A stretch of 64,000 bases of DNA from Candidatus Binatia bacterium (GTDB taxonomy: Bacteria; Desulfobacterota; Binatia; Bin18). Positions 31,380 to 41,888 of this stretch are shown in pieces. Position numbers and translations under genes: made by a program. Position 1 is the first letter of the stretch; each line of letters begins with the position of its first letter. The notes beneath the pieces are model-generated. The model was not told the origin of the DNA and did no database searches. It saw only the letters and a program-made list of their open reading frames with translations. The stretch is from contig OY761159.2 in NCBI GenBank assembly GCA_963664395.2, forward strand, positions 96,001-160,000. The letters are read 5' to 3'.

Positions 31380-31817
31380 TCACACATCGCTCGCCGGTTG
31401 CCGCGCGTCCACCGCTTCGAATGGCGGCGAGGTCCCACCTACGGCTTCGAGCATTTCAACGACTTTGGCTTTGCTATTTTTCTTCGCAAAATAGAGTGCT
31501 GTCTGGCCGTAGTCATCCTCGGCGTTGACATCAGCGCCACGCGCAAGCAGCATTTCTACAATGTCAATGTGGCCGAGCCGCGCGGCCACGATGAGGGCCG
31601 TAGGGCCACCGAAGGGGCTGTGGGCATTGATGTCAACGCCTTGCTCCAGCATATCCATCATGGTCCTCATATCACCCAAACCGGCCGACCCAATAAAAAT
31701 GTCCCATTCTATCACTTCCGGCGGGACATCCGATGAGGACCCGGAACGGAGCCATTCCAGGGAAAAGACTATCACCACGATAAGCAATCCAACTGCAATA
31801 AGCATTTTCTTGTCCAT
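31380..31817 (-). CDS. Membrane-anchored ankyrin repeat protein
   Basis: N-terminal hydrophobic helix; TALIVAARLGHIDIVEMLLARGADVNAEDDYGQTALYFA. Confidence 0.9.
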   Translation of the reverse strand: MDKKMLIAVGLLIVVIVFSLEWLRSGSSSDVPPEVIEWDIFIGSAGLGDMRTMMDMLEQGVDINAHSPFGGPTALIVAARLGHIDIVEMLLARGADVNAEDDYGQTALYFAKKNSKAKVVEMLEAVGGTSPPFEAVDARQPASDV

Positions 31818-31964
31818 AGGGAAAGTCCTCCTTTCCTACAGCTGTATGGTATAATGTAGCGTCGAAAAAGAGGGGCTGTAAACCGTCCTGGCCGTTCTGC
31901 CGAGATATTGGGCGAGGCCGAATATCGTACTATGCGAGAGTGAGAGCAGCCTCTGGAGTCCGAC

Positions 31965-32930
31965 CTAGTCGAGGCCAGTAGCGGCGCGCAACAGCACCTT
32001 GCGCGCCCCACGCCGTGCGGCATGGTTGAAGGCCTGAATACCATCGGAAAGCGGATACACCGTTTCAATCAGTGAGGCAATCGGAATCCGGTTGTGGGCC
32101 AACGCGTCCAGGGCTGGGGGAAACGGGCCGCAGCGCGAGCCTACGACAGTGACTTCGTTTATCACTAACGGTGCAAGCGAGAGGGTATGATTCTCCGCGA
32201 CCGTACTTTTCAGCACCAGCGTGCCACGTGGCCGGACGGCAGCCAGGGCACGCTGTAGGCCGGCGGGAGAGCCGGTTGCTTCAACCACCAGATCAACTGC
32301 GTGAGATTGCCAGTCGGACAGGTCAACCCCTCTCATGCCGGCATTCCTCACCAGGGCGAGTTTCTTGTCATGCCGACCAACAACCGTCACAGCCGCGCCG
32401 GCTTGATCCAGCACAAACGCGCACAGCAAACCCAGCTTGCCATCGCCAAGCACCACCGCCTGTATCCCAGGCTGGATATGTATTTGTTCTAAGATCTCAA
32501 ACGCGGCAGCAAGCGGCTCGGTGAAAACCGCGGCTTCGTCAGAAACAGCGTCCGGGACGGGATGCAGATTGGCAATCGGCACCGCCATATATTCGGCAAA
32601 ACTGCCGTCTACCCCCAGGATGCCCATGACCTGGCGTGTTGGGCAGTGGCGTTTCAGGCCGCTCAGACATGCTGCACATATACCACAGCCGAAATTGATC
32701 TCACCAACAATACGCTTGCCTGAAAGGTCGCCAGGTCCCTCCGTGACTTCGCCCACAAATTCATGGCCAGGAACCCCTGTGAAGCCCATATAGCCTTTGA
32801 GAATCTGGAGATCCGTCGAACACACCCCCGCCAGCCGCACCCGCACCAGCGCCCGCTCATCGCTCGCGTGCGGCGTGTGATACTGCCCCTGCACACGCAG
32901 GTTTTGTCCGTCCCAGTGAAGCGCGCGCAT
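31965..32930 (-). CDS. Zinc-dependent alcohol dehydrogenase (MDR family)
   Basis: GVCSTD, GHEFVG, CGICAAC..HC, GDGKLG. Confidence 0.92.
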   Translation of the reverse strand: MRALHWDGQNLRVQGQYHTPHASDERALVRVRLAGVCSTDLQILKGYMGFTGVPGHEFVGEVTEGPGDLSGKRIVGEINFGCGICAACLSGLKRHCPTRQVMGILGVDGSFAEYMAVPIANLHPVPDAVSDEAAVFTEPLAAAFEILEQIHIQPGIQAVVLGDGKLGLLCAFVLDQAGAAVTVVGRHDKKLALVRNAGMRGVDLSDWQSHAVDLVVEATGSPAGLQRALAAVRPRGTLVLKSTVAENHTLSLAPLVINEVTVVGSRCGPFPPALDALAHNRIPIASLIETVYPLSDGIQAFNHAARRGARKVLLRAATGLD

Positions 32931-33010
32931 GATTCGCTCAATATAGGGGCAGGGCTGCCCCCTCCCCTCACCGGCACCCCCATGGGGTCGCCCCGCCGAG
33001 GGTTGTGCAA

Positions 33011-33904
33011 TTACGACTCCAAATTCGACTTTTGGGCGAAGTCCTCCATGAACCCCACGCCTTCTTCCAATTTGTCGCTCCATAGCGGCAGCGGCGCAAG
33101 AAAGGAATCATAGCCCAGGTCCTGATAGCGTTTGGTCTCTTCAATGAACGCATCAACCGAGGTCGTGTAGGCCGGAGCAACTAAAATTTTGATGCTGTTC
33201 ATGTCACGTCCGGCTTTGTCCGCGGCGACTCTAATCATCTCCACGCCTTCTTTGAAGCCGGTATAACTCTTGGCAACCGCAACCCAGCCGTCGCCGAGTT
33301 CAACTACCCGCCGCATGGCACGAGCCGAATGACCACCAATCCACACCGGCAGTGGATTCTGCACCGGCTTGGGTTCACATTTAATATCGCTAAACTGACA
33401 AAATTCTCCGTCAAACTGCGGATCAGGGTTGGTCCATAACTCGCGCATAGCGCGCAGATACTCATCGCTGAGTTTTCCGCGTTTCTTAAACGGAGCGCCG
33501 AGCAAACTGATTTCCTCTTCCATCCAGCCAATACCGGCCCCCAGCATCATACGTCCACGCGATAGTACGTCCAGGGTCGCAAACATCTTGGCGGTGACAA
33601 TCGGGTTGCGGTGCGGCAGCACGAGCACCCACGTCCCCAGCCGCACCCGTTTGGTTGCGCCGGCCAGATAGCCCAAGAGCGCTAGAGGTTCAAGCAGGCC
33701 ATCGGCAGGGTCGGCTGGGAAGTCACCCGTGTCATTATACGGATACCGAGACTTGATATTGGTCGGCATGATCACATGGTCTGCGACCCAGAGTGCATCA
33801 TAGCCCAGCTCCTCCGCCTTCGTAGCAATAGTGGTGACCACGTCAACCGATCCAGGTCCGGTGGCCAAAGGACCAAGATTGGGAACCAGTAATCCTACTT
33901 TCAT
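33011..33904 (-). CDS. LLM-class (probably F420-dependent) oxidoreductase
   Basis: AEELGYDALWVADHV, LSRGRMMLGAGIGW, PVWIGG. Confidence 0.9.
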   Translation of the reverse strand: MKVGLLVPNLGPLATGPGSVDVVTTIATKAEELGYDALWVADHVIMPTNIKSRYPYNDTGDFPADPADGLLEPLALLGYLAGATKRVRLGTWVLVLPHRNPIVTAKMFATLDVLSRGRMMLGAGIGWMEEEISLLGAPFKKRGKLSDEYLRAMRELWTNPDPQFDGEFCQFSDIKCEPKPVQNPLPVWIGGHSARAMRRVVELGDGWVAVAKSYTGFKEGVEMIRVAADKAGRDMNSIKILVAPAYTTSVDAFIEETKRYQDLGYDSFLAPLPLWSDKLEEGVGFMEDFAQKSNLES

Positions 33905-34063
33905 GGCATTCTCCTCCGTTGAAAAATTGATCTGAAAAACCAAGGCTCCTTTCCTATAGCGTCGCAGCCCGTTCGACAAGCGCGCGTTTCGGCTCTGTTG
34001 GCCACCTCTTCGATAATGCTCCGCTTTCCGCTATACAGTCGCTCAGCAAAAGGGAGGACTGCT

Positions 34064-35290
34064 ATGACACAGGAAAACACGCAACCATCAATGCTGGCCG
34101 GCACTACGGTACTCGACTTTACTCAATATCTGGCCGGACCAACCGCAACCCGACTGATGGCCGAACTCGGGGCAAACGTCATAAAAGTCGAACAGGCCAA
34201 GGGGGGCGACCCGGCGCGATCCCTCCCGTTTGTGAAAGACAATCGCAGCATCTATTTCATCCAGCAGAATCGCGGCAAGAAGAGTCTGTGCGTTGATTTC
34301 AAGCGGTCCGAAGGCGTCGAACTGATCCGGGCGCTGATCCCGCAGGTTGATGTCGTCATTGAAAACTACGGCCCTGGAGTGATGGAGCGGCGCGGCTGGG
34401 ATTACGCGTCTCTCAAGGCAATCAATCCCGGCATTGTCATGTGTTCCATCTCAGCCTTTGGACGCAAGAGTCCGCTCTCCCATTTGACCGGATACGATTA
34501 TATTGCTCAAGGCTTTTCCGGCATCATGCATATGACCGGCGACCCGGACGGACCGCCGCGTTTTGTCGGCGTGGCCATTGCCGACGGTATTGCCGGAGTG
34601 AGTGCCTTTGGCGCATTGGGGTATGCCTTGCTGCACCGCGACCGGACGGGCCAAGGTCAGCATATTGATATCTCCATGGTCGATGCGCTCTATCATCTCC
34701 AGTCCGTTGAGGTCCAAGCCTTTGCCGCCAGCAACGGCAAATACAAACCCATGCGTTTTGGTTTACATCACTATGCCTCGTGCCCGTTGGGCGTATTCAA
34801 AAGTCCGCAGGGCTATTGTGTACTCTTGGCGCTCAACCGCCAGTGGCCGAATGTGGCCAAAGCGCTGGGCAAGCCGGAACTCGTAGACGATCCCCGCTTT
34901 GCCACAGCCAAAGCGCGCGGCCAAAATCAAAAAGAACTCATTGCCATGATCGAAGCCTGGCTGCAATCGTTTCCAACCGATGCGGCCGCCCTCAAAGCCT
35001 TGGCAGAGCATCGGGTGCCGGCCGGCCCCGTACTCTCCATTGAAGAGACGGTTGCACATCCGTATTTTGCCGCCCGCAAAATGGTCCGTCAGGTGCCGGA
35101 CCAGATTCTGGGGGAGGTGACCATTCCGGGCTTTCCCTTCAAATACTCGGCCTTCCCGGATGAACTCGACCTGCGCGCGCCGCTGCTGGGCGAGAACAAC
35201 GATGAAATTCTCAGCCACTATCTGGGCCGGTCTCAGGATACGATTACGGCTCTATACGATCAGGGTGTTTTGTATAAGGGAGAGCGGTAA
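34064..35290 (+). CDS. CaiB/BaiF family III CoA-transferase
   Basis: LAGPTATRLMAELGANVIKVE, NRGKKS, APLLGE. Confidence 0.93.
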   Translation: MTQENTQPSMLAGTTVLDFTQYLAGPTATRLMAELGANVIKVEQAKGGDPARSLPFVKDNRSIYFIQQNRGKKSLCVDFKRSEGVELIRALIPQVDVVIENYGPGVMERRGWDYASLKAINPGIVMCSISAFGRKSPLSHLTGYDYIAQGFSGIMHMTGDPDGPPRFVGVAIADGIAGVSAFGALGYALLHRDRTGQGQHIDISMVDALYHLQSVEVQAFAASNGKYKPMRFGLHHYASCPLGVFKSPQGYCVLLALNRQWPNVAKALGKPELVDDPRFATAKARGQNQKELIAMIEAWLQSFPTDAAALKALAEHRVPAGPVLSIEETVAHPYFAARKMVRQVPDQILGEVTIPGFPFKYSAFPDELDLRAPLLGENNDEILSHYLGRSQDTITALYDQGVLYKGER

Positions 35291-35335
35291 CGCCCGGCCT
35301 GACGCCTGGTCAAGTAGAAAAGCGCCAGGATCTCC

Positions 35336-37072
35336 TCACGCCGGCCGCAAGCCGTCCCAGCGCCGACACCACTGCCTGCGTTCCTGGTCCGAGAGCGCGA
35401 ACAGACGCCCGGATTCAGACCGTGGCATGAGGGTGCAACGGTTCCGCGAAAATTGTACGATCAACCTGTCCAGCAGAGCCTCGCCCACTGGAGCCTTATC
35501 TTGAGCGGCCTGTGCCAGAATAACCCGTTCGGGCTGCCGCGACAGCTTTGCTATCAGCGTGTCCAGCAGTGCTTCGCCCTGACCTGACTGATCTGGGTCC
35601 GCCAGGAGCCTGTGCTCGGGAACTGACTTTCTCCTGAGTTGGGAAGATCGGGCAGACTGGGAAGATCGGGCAGACTGGGAAGATCGGGCGGACCGGGAAG
35701 CCGCGTAGCCGGCAAAGCCGCCATAATCTCGGGCCGAGGCTACACTGACCGCGTGCGCGGCACCGGACGCTCCGCTAGCCGTTTCCGACGGGCCGAGCAG
35801 ACGCGTCATCTGAAATCCGAAGACGTTCATGGCCAAATCGTAACGACCGGGGAAAGAGGGGTTTTCCCCGACAGCCGCACGCCGCGTCTCGACGCGAGGA
35901 GCCGTGCCGCCGATCACGTCGAAAATCCACGGGCCGTGCTTGTACTGACCGCCGAAGGCAACCATCATATCGGTATGGTCGGCCAGCGTGGGCTTGAGCG
36001 CGTCGTCCTTGATGGCCCACGGCTCATACGAGAACCCGACACCGAGCATGAGGTTTTCGGATATCTGGTAGGTGAGCCCGGCACCGGTCCGCCAGCGGTC
36101 CTTGGCCCGGCCCACCGCGGGTTGATTCAGCGCAGTATACTTCTTAAACCGGACGCGCGTCTCATCGAACACGGACAGATGGCTCCAGCGCGCCTGACCG
36201 GCAAACGTCAGACGGTCGGTGATCCGGTACGCAAAGCCGAACTTGACGTTCTGCGGGATATTAAAATAGACCGTGGCGTCGTCGCCCATCCCGTCAACGC
36301 GCGCGTTGCCGAACATCCAGATTTTGCCGGGCGTCTTATAGGTCAGCCCCAGGTTGAGCCGGTCCGTGGGTTGATACATCAGCCCGATAGTCCCGAACAC
36401 GCCCGGCCCGCGCACATCGAGATCGAGCCGACCGAGCGGAGTGGGCGATTTGGTCTTCAGCCGCCCATAGGTCGGGTTGATGCTGGCGCCGATGTGCAGA
36501 TTCGACGCCAGCGAATAGGACAGGGACGGCGCCAGCGACACCGCTACCAACTCGGTAAAGAAATTGTTGGGGACTCCGTGCTCGGGCCTGGCCTCATGGT
36601 TGAAGGCGAAGCCCAGAGAGCCATACATGCCGATACCGAAGGCAAAAGGGGCGAACCGGTCGGTCCGATAGCCGAAGTTCGGCGCTATTGGGAATTCGCG
36701 GCTGGTGCTGTCATAATACCCGCGGCGGTCAGCGTCCGGACGAAACCCGAGCGCCCCTCGCGCCGGCCCGGGCAGTTGGTTGAAGAGACCCTGTCTGTTC
36801 TCATAGGACGGATGGAACATGATGTTGAACGAGCCGGTGGAGAAGGAGTTCGGCAGCAGGCTGAGTTGGGCCGGATTGTGGAACAGCGCGGTCGCCGCGT
36901 TGAATGGATAGGCCACCGCGTTGCCGACCACCATACCGTCACTGGCGGCCAGCCCCGGTGCGGTGAGCTGGCTGGCCTGCGCGAGGGAGCCGGTAGAGAG
37001 GACCGCGATCAGCGCCAGCGTCCATATCCCCGACTGCGAACGGCCTCTCAGAAGCTGTACCTTCCTCATCAT
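35336..37072 (-). CDS. OmpP1/FadL/TodX-family outer-membrane transporter with long C-terminal extension
   Basis: Signal peptide; ATALFHNPAQL (FadL NPA motif); alternating beta-strand pattern; ~150 extra residues after the barrel. Confidence 0.8.
   Translation of the reverse strand: MMRKVQLLRGRSQSGIWTLALIAVLSTGSLAQASQLTAPGLAASDGMVVGNAVAYPFNAATALFHNPAQLSLLPNSFSTGSFNIMFHPSYENRQGLFNQLPGPARGALGFRPDADRRGYYDSTSREFPIAPNFGYRTDRFAPFAFGIGMYGSLGFAFNHEARPEHGVPNNFFTELVAVSLAPSLSYSLASNLHIGASINPTYGRLKTKSPTPLGRLDLDVRGPGVFGTIGLMYQPTDRLNLGLTYKTPGKIWMFGNARVDGMGDDATVYFNIPQNVKFGFAYRITDRLTFAGQARWSHLSVFDETRVRFKKYTALNQPAVGRAKDRWRTGAGLTYQISENLMLGVGFSYEPWAIKDDALKPTLADHTDMMVAFGGQYKHGPWIFDVIGGTAPRVETRRAAVGENPSFPGRYDLAMNVFGFQMTRLLGPSETASGASGAAHAVSVASARDYGGFAGYAASRSARSSQSARSSQSARSSQLRRKSVPEHRLLADPDQSGQGEALLDTLIAKLSRQPERVILAQAAQDKAPVGEALLDRLIVQFSRNRCTLMPRSESGRLFALSDQERRQWCRRWDGLRPA
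35641..35700. repeat. 18-bp tandem repeat x3 (SARSSQ)
   Basis: GGGAAGATCGGGCAGACT-like units at 35641, 35659, 35677. Confidence 0.9.
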
Positions 37073-37183
37073 CCCTGCTCCTCCTTGCTGTTGGAGCGGC
37101 CTAGCTTATGCGAACGTCGGGGGTTACAAAAGGGGGGTAGGCCGGATTAACACTCACCTCGGGACACGGAGAGGAGACACGGC

Positions 37184-39211
37184 ATGAACCCACAATTGGA
37201 ACGTATCCGAACGAATTGTCCACGCGACTGCTATGATGGCTGCGGTATCGTGATCGAGCGAAGAGACGGCGCAATTACTCGCGTGCTGGGCGACCCGGAC
37301 CATCCGGTTTCGCGCGGCGCGTTGTGTGGTAAATGCGCGACGGCCTATAACGGCGTCTGGCAGGATGAGCAGGCACGTTTGTTATATCCGCTCAAACGGA
37401 TCGGCCCCAAAGGCCACGGCCAGTTCGAGCGGATCAATTGGGACGAAGCCTTAGAAACAATTGCCTCGAAACTCCAGAACATTGTGAATACGACCGGCCC
37501 GGAAGCCATTATTCATACCCATTACACCGGCACGCTGTCTCTGCTGGCCTATATGTTTCCCCTGCGTTTCTTTCACCGCCTGGGTGCAACCGAAGTCGAG
37601 CCTGACACGATCTGCAATATGGCCGGACATGTTGCCTGGGGGCTGTTGTTCGGCAGTTCGTCCGTCGGCTTTGACCCCCGCACGGCCGCGGACTCGCGCT
37701 GTATTCTGGTCTGGGGCGCGAACCCGGCCCATTCCGCCCCACATGCGCACAAGCATTGGTTGCCCGAATCCCCTGCCCACAAGATCGTTGTCGATCCAAT
37801 CCGGACGGAGACCGCAGCGCAGGCAGACCTCCACCTCCAGCCTTTTCCTGGAACTGATGCAGCTCTCGCCTTCAGCCTGTTGCACGTTCTGCACCGAGAC
37901 GGATTTTTTCAGGCTGACTTCATAGCCAAGCACACCGTGGGCGGCGATGAATTGCTGCCCTTGTTAGCGCCCTGTACGCCCGCCTGGGGAGAGCAGAAAA
38001 CCGGTGTTCCGGCAGATTTGATTGAACAAGCCGCCCATCTGTACGGACCCGGCCCTTCCCTGCTGTGGGCCGGACAGGGACTCCAAAGACAAACCACCGG
38101 CGGCAACATCATGCGCGCCTGTGGGCTGCTGCCGGCTCTGACCGGGAATATCGGCAAACCCGGCGCCGGCTTTTACTATCTGAATATCACCCCCGCCATT
38201 GCGGGCCTGGACTTTGATGCGCTGGCGGGCGGCTCGTTGGCAAATGGGAGACCGCCAAGCATCAGCCATATGGACTTTGCCGCGCGGCTCGAAGACGCCA
38301 GTGCCTCACAGGCCCTTCTGTGTTGGAATACCAACCCCGCGGCATCCGCCCCGCAGCAGCAACGCCTGCACGCCGCCCTCAAACGAGACGACCTGTTCAC
38401 GGTGGCCATCGATTGTTTTCCCACAGACACCACGGATCTCGCCGACATTGTGCTGCCGGCGGCGAGCTTTCTCGAATTCGACGACCTGACCTTCAGTTAT
38501 TTTCATCTCAACATCGGAGCGCAATCCAAAGCGCGCGAGCCCATGGGCGAGTCGCTGCCCAATCAGGAAATTTTTCGTCGTCTGGCCAAAGCTATGGGAT
38601 TTGAAGAGCCGGCCTTATTTGAGTCGGACGCTGCTATCATCAGTCAACTCCTCACTGAGATGCGGCTCGGCTGTGACTTCAGCGCGTTACAACGTAAAGG
38701 CTGGCATTCCCTCAGCGACACACCTCTGATTTTCCATGAAGACCTGACATTCGATACGCCCAGCGGCAAGATCGAAATCGCCTCGGACAAGGCCGAGCAA
38801 AAAGGGCTGCCGCGGCTGCCTCAGCCCTGGGCCGACACAAAGCCAACGAACAACCGTTTCCGACTGCTGAGTCCGGCCTCGCGCTGGCGGCTCAACGACT
38901 CGTACGCCAACGACGCAAACATTCAGCAACGCGCAGGTCAGGCCGACGTCACCCTGCATCCGGACGACGCCGCTCGGCTGGGTGTGACGGACGGGACGCG
39001 CGTTCGGCTTGAAAATGAAACGGGCCAGCTTGAGTTGACCGCTACCATTGACGCTCTCGTTCCCCAGGGCGTGGCCCTTACGCATAAAGGCCGCTGGCCC
39101 AAGCTCGAAGCAGGGCGTCACAATGTGAATACGCTGAATCCAGGGACTCGGTCTGATATGGGCGAGAGTTCCAGCGTGCACAGTGTGGAAGTCACGATTC
39201 GTCCGTGTTAG
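37184..39211 (+). CDS. Molybdopterin-dependent oxidoreductase (DMSO reductase family)
   Basis: CPRDCYDGC...LCGK Fe-S motif; ADIVLPAA; LHPDDAARLG. Confidence 0.92.
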   Translation: MNPQLERIRTNCPRDCYDGCGIVIERRDGAITRVLGDPDHPVSRGALCGKCATAYNGVWQDEQARLLYPLKRIGPKGHGQFERINWDEALETIASKLQNIVNTTGPEAIIHTHYTGTLSLLAYMFPLRFFHRLGATEVEPDTICNMAGHVAWGLLFGSSSVGFDPRTAADSRCILVWGANPAHSAPHAHKHWLPESPAHKIVVDPIRTETAAQADLHLQPFPGTDAALAFSLLHVLHRDGFFQADFIAKHTVGGDELLPLLAPCTPAWGEQKTGVPADLIEQAAHLYGPGPSLLWAGQGLQRQTTGGNIMRACGLLPALTGNIGKPGAGFYYLNITPAIAGLDFDALAGGSLANGRPPSISHMDFAARLEDASASQALLCWNTNPAASAPQQQRLHAALKRDDLFTVAIDCFPTDTTDLADIVLPAASFLEFDDLTFSYFHLNIGAQSKAREPMGESLPNQEIFRRLAKAMGFEEPALFESDAAIISQLLTEMRLGCDFSALQRKGWHSLSDTPLIFHEDLTFDTPSGKIEIASDKAEQKGLPRLPQPWADTKPTNNRFRLLSPASRWRLNDSYANDANIQQRAGQADVTLHPDDAARLGVTDGTRVRLENETGQLELTATIDALVPQGVALTHKGRWPKLEAGRHNVNTLNPGTRSDMGESSSVHSVEVTIRPC

Positions 39212-39429
39212 GCCAAGGCGACGAGATTTTGTGGGCAAGATGCCCGCATTCCCATCTGTCGCGGGCGCTTCAGAGAGGCGCTTCTTGGCGACCCATAGGC
39301 GAGACTTCCCTGGCCTTTGTCCTTCTGTGTCGAGCCGAGGGACATCGACAGATGAGAGGCAACAGACTAATCTGGCCGATCTCACGCAATCGCTTACGCA
39401 AGAGAAACACCACGATAAAGGAGGGGCGT

Positions 39430-40728
39430 ATGTCCTGGGGGTTTGAAACCGAGCCGGAATTTCAAAAAGAACTGGATTGGATTGCAGAATTTGTCCGTGA
39501 AGAGGTCGAGCCGCTGGACCATATTTTAGGTAATCAGTACGATATTCAGAATCCGCGTAACAAAAAAATTGTTCCCAAGCTCCAGGAACAGGTCAGGCAG
39601 CGCGGCCTGTGGGCCTGCCATCTGGGGCCGGAACTGGGCGGCCCCGGCTACGGCCAACTCAAGCTCGCTCTGATGAACGAGATACTGGGTCGCGCGCGCT
39701 TTGCGTCCATCGTCTTCGGCTGCCAGGCACCGGACACGGGCAACAGCGAAATACTGGCCCACTACGGCACGCCGGAACTGAAAGAACGCTTTCTCACACC
39801 CTTGCTCAACAATGAGATCGTGTCGTGCTTTTCCATGACCGAGCCGCACGCCGGCGCCGACCCCAAGATGTTCAAGTGCAAGGCTGAACGCGACGGCGAT
39901 CAGTGGGTTATCAACGGCCAGAAGTGGTTCTCCTCAAACGCACGCTGGGCCAGCTTTCTGATCGTCATGGCCGTGACCGACCCGGACGCCGCGCCGTATC
40001 AGAGCATGTCCATGTTCGTTGTCCCGGCCGACACACCGGGTATCAACATCATTCGGAATGTCGGTATTGGCGACGAACGCGAAGACGAAGGCGACCACGC
40101 CTATATCAACTATGAAGACGTCAGGATTCCCGCGGATCACATCTTGGGCGGTCCCGGCCAAGGCTTTGAGGTGGCCCAGACGCGCTTGGGTGGCGGGCGG
40201 ATTCACCACGCCATGCGCACTATTGGGCAGGTCAAGAAATCGTTCGATCTGATGTGTGAGCGGGTGTTGTCGCGCGAAACCCAGGGTGAAATCCTGGCTA
40301 ACAAACAGATGGTCCAGGAAAAAATAGCGGACTCGTGGATCGAAATTGAGCAGTTCCGGCTACTCGTTCTACAAACGGCCTGGCGGATCGATAAATTCCA
40401 AGACTACCGCAAGGTGCGCAAAGACATTGCCGCGGTCAAGGCCCAGATGCCCAAAGTCTTTCACGACGTGGCGTGTCGGGCGCTCTACCTGCACGGTTCG
40501 CTGGGCGTGTCCAACGAGATGCCGTTCTCCAAACAGATCACCGAATCGTTCGTCATGGGCCTGGCCGACGGCCCGACCGAAGTGCACAAAGTCACCGTGG
40601 CCCGCCAGGTTCTGCGCGAATACGAAGGCACCAAGGGCCTGTTCCCCACCGGCCATTTACCGGCGTTGCGCGAGCAGGCGATTCGGAAATACGGAGAGTT
40701 GTTGGAGTTGGAAGTAGAGAATTTGTGA
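39430..40728 (+). CDS. Acyl-CoA dehydrogenase
   Basis: QAPDTGN, FSMTEPHAGADP, AQTRLGGGRIHH, LADGPTEVH. Confidence 0.95.
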   Translation: MSWGFETEPEFQKELDWIAEFVREEVEPLDHILGNQYDIQNPRNKKIVPKLQEQVRQRGLWACHLGPELGGPGYGQLKLALMNEILGRARFASIVFGCQAPDTGNSEILAHYGTPELKERFLTPLLNNEIVSCFSMTEPHAGADPKMFKCKAERDGDQWVINGQKWFSSNARWASFLIVMAVTDPDAAPYQSMSMFVVPADTPGINIIRNVGIGDEREDEGDHAYINYEDVRIPADHILGGPGQGFEVAQTRLGGGRIHHAMRTIGQVKKSFDLMCERVLSRETQGEILANKQMVQEKIADSWIEIEQFRLLVLQTAWRIDKFQDYRKVRKDIAAVKAQMPKVFHDVACRALYLHGSLGVSNEMPFSKQITESFVMGLADGPTEVHKVTVARQVLREYEGTKGLFPTGHLPALREQAIRKYGELLELEVENL

Positions 40729-40760
40729 GGCCATCCCACCCAGGAGCACCTCGCAGACCG

Positions 40761-41021
40761 TCACCGATGGCGATAAACCTCTCGGCGGTGCGCAACTCGC
40801 ACTACGAGTACGACAAGCGATTCGTTGAGCACCTCATACACGATACGATAGTCGCCCACACGCACTCGCCGAAGCCCCCGAAGTTCTCCTTTCAGTGGGC
40901 TCCCGGCGAGTGGCTGCTCGCCCAAACGATCAATGGCATGCACAATGCGTAGACGGTCGTGGTGCGGGATACCGGCCAGTTCCTTGGACGCGCTCCGCTT
41001 AATCCGAACCGAGTAGCTCAT
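40761..41021 (-). CDS. RelE/ParE-family toxin
   Basis: LKGELRGLRRVRVGDYRIVYEV...VAHRREVYR. Confidence 0.92.
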   Translation of the reverse strand: MSYSVRIKRSASKELAGIPHHDRLRIVHAIDRLGEQPLAGSPLKGELRGLRRVRVGDYRIVYEVLNESLVVLVVRVAHRREVYRHR

Positions 41022-41220
41022 GTCTGACCTGATCCCAGTCCAATACCGAGTCTGTGGGATCACGGAGCCGTTCCAGAGCTACAGTGAGGTCGTCAAAATC
41101 CTCCAGATATCGTTCAACCGCCTGGCGAACGATATCCGTGCGGCTCCGGTTCAACTCCTTTGCAGCCGTGTCCAGCGCTTCGACTAATGTATCTGGTAGG
41201 CGTGTGGTTATCTGGTGCAT
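40999..41220 (-). CDS. Ribbon-helix-helix antitoxin
   Basis: ITTRLPDTLVEALD..AKELNRSRTDIVRQAVERYLED; overlaps the toxin start. Confidence 0.88.
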   Translation of the reverse strand: MHQITTRLPDTLVEALDTAAKELNRSRTDIVRQAVERYLEDFDDLTVALERLRDPTDSVLDWDQVRHELLGSD

Positions 41221-41329
41221 GAAAGACCCTCCAGTTGATTTCATGTGACCCTGCTTACTGTACCGTATTGTATGCTTACCCCTCTTAGCCCCTAACAAAG
41301 TCGAGGGGCAGTTTTCTATCCAGGCGGTG

Positions 41330-41404
41330 GGGTGGGTTTCTAGCCGGTTCAGGAACCCACCCCGGCCCTTCGACAAGCTCAGGACCACCCCTCCGAGGAG
41401 GAGA
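41330..41404. repeat. REP-like element (inverted partner at 43791-43845)
   Basis: ACCCACCCCGGCCCTTCGACAAGCTC...ACCCCTCCGA is the reverse complement of TCGGAGGGGT...GAGCTTGTCGAAGGGCCGGGGTGGGT. Confidence 0.75.
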
Positions 41405-41429
41405 GTCGATTCGGCAGGAGGTATCTCGT

Positions 41430-41876
41430 CTACGACGAGGGCGGCTTTCTCGCCGTCGGCAACTGATCGTCAGGGGAGAAGAACTCCACGAAGTTGCCCT
41501 CATGGTCGTAGATGACGGGTACGAGGTGGGGTAGACCGCGTTCTTCTTCGAGGATTTCAACGTGGTGCTTGGCTGCAATGGCGGCCAGTTGGTCGAACGA
41601 CTTGTCGGTCGTAAACGCGACGTGCCCGAAGTGGTGATCCTGGCCTGCCGTGCGGTCGGTAAACTCGCCCTGGGCCCAGTGTTTGTCCAGCGGCCAGAAC
41701 TCCAGGATGTCGTTCAGCCGGCCGGGCTGCCAGTCGCCGAATACGACGGTGCGCACGCCGATGCTGTTCAACTGTGGCCCCGAGCCAACTACCTTGCCGT
41801 CGAGCAGCTCGGCGTACAGCTCGGCAGAGTGTTGCGGGTCATTCACGCGAAACGACATGTGCAGTAGTGTGGACAT
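41430..41876 (-). CDS. VOC/glyoxalase-family protein
   Basis: HMSFRV, LEFWP, GHVAF, DHEGNFVEF. Confidence 0.8.
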   Translation of the reverse strand: MSTLLHMSFRVNDPQHSAELYAELLDGKVVGSGPQLNSIGVRTVVFGDWQPGRLNDILEFWPLDKHWAQGEFTDRTAGQDHHFGHVAFTTDKSFDQLAAIAAKHHVEILEEERGLPHLVPVIYDHEGNFVEFFSPDDQLPTARKPPSS

Positions 41877-41888
41877 TGCAAACCTCCT

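Noticed and set aside
35639-37150. 503-aa plus-strand ORF
   Set aside because: Antisense shadow of the FadL-family gene.
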